A stretch of 64,000 nucleotides of DNA, taken from positions 65,698 through 129,697 of the forward strand of contig DAOTMJ010000007.1 of NCBI GenBank assembly GCA_035450225.1, read 5' to 3'. The DNA comes from Candidatus Hydrogenedentota bacterium. Lineage in GTDB: Bacteria; Hydrogenedentota; Hydrogenedentia; Hydrogenedentales; SLHB01. Below the pieces are notes generated by a model that was not told the origin of the DNA, ran no database searches, and was given only the letters and a program-made list of their open reading frames with translations. Positions 60,700 through 64,000 of this stretch are shown here, piece after piece; position 1 is the first letter of the stretch; each line of letters opens with the position of its first letter. Made by a program: the position numbers and the translations under genes.

Positions 60700-61048
60700 G
60701 GGCTATAAGGCCACCGACCAAAGGTTTTGGGACAAAGGGTTATGGATCTTGAGCATACCGGGATCTTGCCTGTTTTTCCCGGTGTTGAACAAACACAAGG
60801 AATTCCTTGAACCTGAAACGCGGGACGGACTGGCCCGTCGGTCTTTTTCGGAAATGCGCCAAGCCGGCGGTTGGACCGGCTGGACAGCCTGTCCCACGCT
60901 TTCGTGCCTATTTCAGTCATGTCGCGACTCCCTGAACAATGCTTCAATGCGAGTCCGTTATCCATTCCAACGAAAAACGGCTTTTTTATGAATTTTCAAG
61001 TTGAGAGAGCGTCCAAGAATTCGGCACTCCTAACTTCCAGATCCCAAC

Positions 61049-61441
61049 TCATTCCACATATCCGAGATCGGCCAGTCGTTTCCGAATCGCTTCTTCTTCT
61101 TCGGGCGTATACTGCACGCCATCCATGCGCAAGAGATCTCGCTCGGCCAACTCATCCAGTATTTTCTCGGCCGCAAAATCCGGCGTGTCGTGCTCGTCAA
61201 CCTCCATTTCGAGCACGTTGCCTTCGGGGCGGATATCCGGCGCCGTCACAACGGCGAACACGCCATTGCGGCTGAGTAACCCGCACACGAACGCCGCGCG
61301 CTTCACGCCGCCCAGACGCTTGATCATGTCCTCGTCAATCCGCTCGGCGTTGCGTCCCAATTCGATTAGGCGAAACACGAGCGCCTGGGCGGTGGCCCCG
61401 GCCTCGGTTCCTCTCAGGCAAATGGTTGCGCCTTTTTCCAT
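61049..61441 (-). CDS. APS-kinase-like protein with degenerate P-loop (probably catalytically inactive)
   Basis: Aligns by eye to CysC: ICLRGTEAGATAQALVFRLIELG vs [27 protein letters not shown] and IDEDMIKRLGG vs LDGDNVRHGL, but the GxxGxGK(S/T) lysine/serine are replaced (GTEAGAT); only 130 aa. Confidence 0.5.
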   Translation of the reverse strand: MEKGATICLRGTEAGATAQALVFRLIELGRNAERIDEDMIKRLGGVKRAAFVCGLLSRNGVFAVVTAPDIRPEGNVLEMEVDEHDTPDFAAEKILDELAERDLLRMDGVQYTPEEEEAIRKRLADLGYVE

Positions 61442-61444
61442 GGC

Positions 61445-62836
61445 TTACCCAATAACCTTTCCCTGCATGTCTTCCGGCACGGCCACGCCGGACAATTCGA
61501 GGATTGTCGGGGCCACGTCCATCAATTGCAGTCCCTTCAATTCCTCACCCTTCCGGCCCATTCCATCGTCCATAATAAAAATGCCGTCGAAATCGTGGTT
61601 CGCATCGTCCGGCCCCGTGTCGTTTTCAAATGTATAGATACCGTCGAACCCGACCGCGCCGACCGACCGCCAGTCCAGTCCGCCGAAATAGACGAACAAG
61701 TCGGGCGGCACGCCGTTGACTTCCCTGTACAGGTCGCGGGGCCTCAATGCGCGGTTGCCGAGCAGCCGTCCGTCGGGGCCAGGCATTGCCTCGATGGCCG
61801 CGATCAGTTCATTCAGGCATACGTCGTATTCCGCCGCGGGGATGACGCCCTGTGGTTCGCGGCCTTCCACGTTGAGAAAGACACGCCCGTAATACCCGCC
61901 CGAGGCCCATGCCCGCGTATGCGGCCAGTCTATTCTACAGTCTTCGATGCGCGTTCGGCCATTCGGTGGTTCGGCCAGACCCAGCCAGCCGTTTTCGATG
62001 AGCCACTGGTTGATGCATATACCGCCCTGCATGGCCTTCGCGCCATGGTCCGACACCACCATCACGGCGGTTTCGTCGCCGGCCAGCGCCAGCAATTCGC
62101 CGAGACGCGCATCCAGCGCCTGGTAGTAATCGCGAAAGACCTGCGCATATGGATTGCCCGGCTCGAATTTTGGATGCCGCGGGTCACAGTATTTCCAGAA
62201 TGCGTGATGCAGGCGATCCACGCCCATTTCGACCATCATGAAAAAGTCCCACGGTTTGTCCGCCATCAGAAAGCGCGCCGCGTCGAACCGGTTGTGCATC
62301 AACGCGAAGATGCGATCGCGCAGGGCCGCCTTTTCGTTTGTCCGGAAGTCCTTGACGTCGAGCAGGTACGACCCTACGGCTTGTTCCAGTTCGTCCTTGA
62401 GCGTCTTCGGATAGGTGTAATCGGCCCGTGTGTCCGGGGTGAGAAAATCGGCGACGAGCCAGCCGTTCACCGGCCTTACCGGATACGTTTGCGGCACGCC
62501 TAGTACGACGACCTTCCGTCCCTTGCGCGAGAGAATATCCCACACGCGCTTGGCGCGGATGGAGGAAGCATTTGCGGTAACCATGCCTTCGTAGGAATAG
62601 TCGCGGCGGTTTCGGAACCCGTAACAGCCCAGCACGCCCGGATCTTTGCCCGAGGTCATGCACGCCCACGCCGGCACGGTGATCGGCGGATCGCAACTGC
62701 GCAGACGGCCCCAACAGCCTTTCGCGGCGAGCCGTTGCAGATTGGGCAGGTCGAACCGATCCGGACCGAAGACGAATCGAGGCGCCGCGCAGTCCAGTCC
62801 GACGACGAGAATCCGTTTTGCCTTGCGGCCGGCCAT
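61445..62836 (-). CDS. alkaline-phosphatase-superfamily type I phosphodiesterase / nucleotide pyrophosphatase family protein
   Basis: 463 aa; N-terminal metal-site pattern VGLDCAAP and PITVPAWACMTSG (Thr nucleophile context), later DHG (VVSDHGA); stop overlaps the start region of the downstream APS-kinase-like gene by spacing of 3 nt and its own start abuts sat. Confidence 0.65.
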   Translation of the reverse strand: MAGRKAKRILVVGLDCAAPRFVFGPDRFDLPNLQRLAAKGCWGRLRSCDPPITVPAWACMTSGKDPGVLGCYGFRNRRDYSYEGMVTANASSIRAKRVWDILSRKGRKVVVLGVPQTYPVRPVNGWLVADFLTPDTRADYTYPKTLKDELEQAVGSYLLDVKDFRTNEKAALRDRIFALMHNRFDAARFLMADKPWDFFMMVEMGVDRLHHAFWKYCDPRHPKFEPGNPYAQVFRDYYQALDARLGELLALAGDETAVMVVSDHGAKAMQGGICINQWLIENGWLGLAEPPNGRTRIEDCRIDWPHTRAWASGGYYGRVFLNVEGREPQGVIPAAEYDVCLNELIAAIEAMPGPDGRLLGNRALRPRDLYREVNGVPPDLFVYFGGLDWRSVGAVGFDGIYTFENDTGPDDANHDFDGIFIMDDGMGRKGEELKGLQLMDVAPTILELSGVAVPEDMQGKVIG

Positions 62837-63993
62837 CAGTCGCCCGCGCCCTGCGCCCAGGCGATCAGAATCTTCGCGACTTCGGGGCGCGTGAACTCGA
62901 CCGGCGGCATTTCACCGGCCTTGAGCATTTCCCGGACCTTCGTTCCGCTCAGGAACACGTGGTGGCTCTTGTCGTGCGGGCACGTTTTGATGGAAGCCAT
63001 GTTGCCGCAGGCCTTGCAGAAGAATGAATGCTCGAAAAAGAGCGGCGTGATCCCGATTTCCGCCGGATCGAATTCATCGAAAATGTAATGCGCGTCATAA
63101 GATCCATAATAGTTCCCGACGCCCGCATGATCGCGGCCCACAATGAAATGCGTGCAGCCGTAATTCTTGCGGATAATCGCGTGCATGATCGCCTCGCGCG
63201 GACCGGCGTAGCGCATGTTGACCGGCATCAGCGACAACATGGCATGGTTTTTGGGATAGTAGATGTCGAGAATGGTCGTGTAACACTGCATCCGCACGTC
63301 GCCGGGAATGTCGTCGCTCTTTGTCGTGCCCATGAGCGGATGCAGCAGAAGGCCGTCGCAGATTTCCATCGCGACTTTTTGGAGATACTCATGCGCGCGA
63401 TGGACGGGATTGCGCGTCTGAAACGCGACAATCCGCTTCCAGCCGCGTTCCTCGAAGGCGGCGCGTGTTTCGCGGGGCGTAAGGTTGTATTCTTGGAATT
63501 CGATTTCCCGCGCCTTGAGCACGTCGAGTTCACCCGCAAGGAAAATGGGGCCGAGCGACATCGTGTACGCCACGCCCGGATGGTTCATGTCCGTCGTGCG
63601 GTAGACCTTTTCGCAGATATACGCGTGGTCCATCGAAAACTTTTCCGCGAGATGCAGAATGGCGGCCACGTCGCCCATGTCGTCCACGATGGCCGCATCG
63701 CCGCCAATCACCAGCCCGTCCGCGGTGGCCTGATCGACCGCCAGCAGGATCGGAATCGTCCACGGCAGGCCGTCGCGCAGATACATCGTGTCGAGGACGC
63801 GGCGGGTTTCCGCTTCGCCCATGAAGCCCGTCAGTGGGCTGAACATGCCTTTCGCGATGCAGTCAATATCGAACGCCGTGTAGGCGTCCACGACAATGCG
63901 CGGCAGTGCCGCCGCGCGTTTTGACGCCTCGGCCAGCGCGTCGCCCTTTAACAACCGATCAATCAATTGACCGCCATGTGGTGCTATGGACAT
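62836..63993 (-). CDS. sat: sulfate adenylyltransferase (ATP sulfurylase)
   Basis: 385 aa; QTRNPVHRAHE and GRDHAGV motifs; start at 63993 close to the window end. Confidence 0.9.
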   Translation of the reverse strand: MSIAPHGGQLIDRLLKGDALAEASKRAAALPRIVVDAYTAFDIDCIAKGMFSPLTGFMGEAETRRVLDTMYLRDGLPWTIPILLAVDQATADGLVIGGDAAIVDDMGDVAAILHLAEKFSMDHAYICEKVYRTTDMNHPGVAYTMSLGPIFLAGELDVLKAREIEFQEYNLTPRETRAAFEERGWKRIVAFQTRNPVHRAHEYLQKVAMEICDGLLLHPLMGTTKSDDIPGDVRMQCYTTILDIYYPKNHAMLSLMPVNMRYAGPREAIMHAIIRKNYGCTHFIVGRDHAGVGNYYGSYDAHYIFDEFDPAEIGITPLFFEHSFFCKACGNMASIKTCPHDKSHHVFLSGTKVREMLKAGEMPPVEFTRPEVAKILIAWAQGAGD

Positions 63994-64000
63994 TCCCGAT

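Noticed and set aside
60683-60991. 102-aa plus-strand ORF (and 60696..60965 minus ORF) in the spacer upstream of the GT4 gene
   Set aside because: No RBS, no family resemblance, overlaps the GT4 start; treated as non-coding leader.

Overview
This is a high-GC (roughly 60-65%) bacterial chromosomal window with one gene every ~1.1 kb on both strands; the main unusual locus is a horizontally acquired restriction-modification island with an atypical endonuclease. It also carries a tRNA-His. Gene content is dominated by secreted glycan-degrading and sugar-oxidising functions: DUF2961/GH172, a GH2 beta-galactosidase with a LamG insert, a heparinase II/III-like protein, two DUF1080 3-keto-disaccharide hydrolases, two Gfo/Idh/MocA oxidoreductases (one with a twin-arginine (TAT) signal), a xylose-isomerase-like TIM barrel, a PmoA-like/DUF6807 protein, an SMP-30 lactonase, galactonate dehydratase, glycosyltransferases and a DUF1559 prepilin-like protein. 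A rubredoxin and an ATP sulfurylase are also present. By inference only, this profile fits an anaerobic saccharolytic member of the PVC superphylum (Kiritimatiellota-, Verrucomicrobiota- or Lentisphaerota-like). Housekeeping genes include glmS, surE, gpmI, purE, a cyclophilin, an LL-DAP-type aminotransferase and enoyl-CoA hydratase.

Notable loci:
- (1) A clearly lower-GC island at 36.6-39.7 kb carries a complete Type II restriction-modification module: a C5-cytosine methyltransferase, a restriction endonuclease (overlapping the methyltransferase by ATGA) and a very-short-patch repair endonuclease (Vsr). The endonuclease appears to be a chimera of an EcoRII-N-like effector domain and an HNH nuclease.
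- (2) A radical-SAM protein with an unrecognised ~200-aa N-terminal domain sits in an operon with the heparinase II/III-like protein.
- (3) An MNT-type nucleotidyltransferase antitoxin is followed by a HEPN-like partner that is interrupted by an in-frame TAG.
- (4) An AT-rich ~150-bp element is flanked by perfect 19-bp inverted repeats and has a candidate promoter and terminator.
- (5) A sugar ABC permease and binding protein lack an ATPase gene, with a possible ATPase 3' remnant upstream.
- (6) A sat - nucleotide-pyrophosphatase-like - degenerate APS-kinase-like cluster.
- (7) A 54-aa rubredoxin gene is missed by the ORF track.

The many long ORFs antisense to real genes are treated as GC-bias artefacts.
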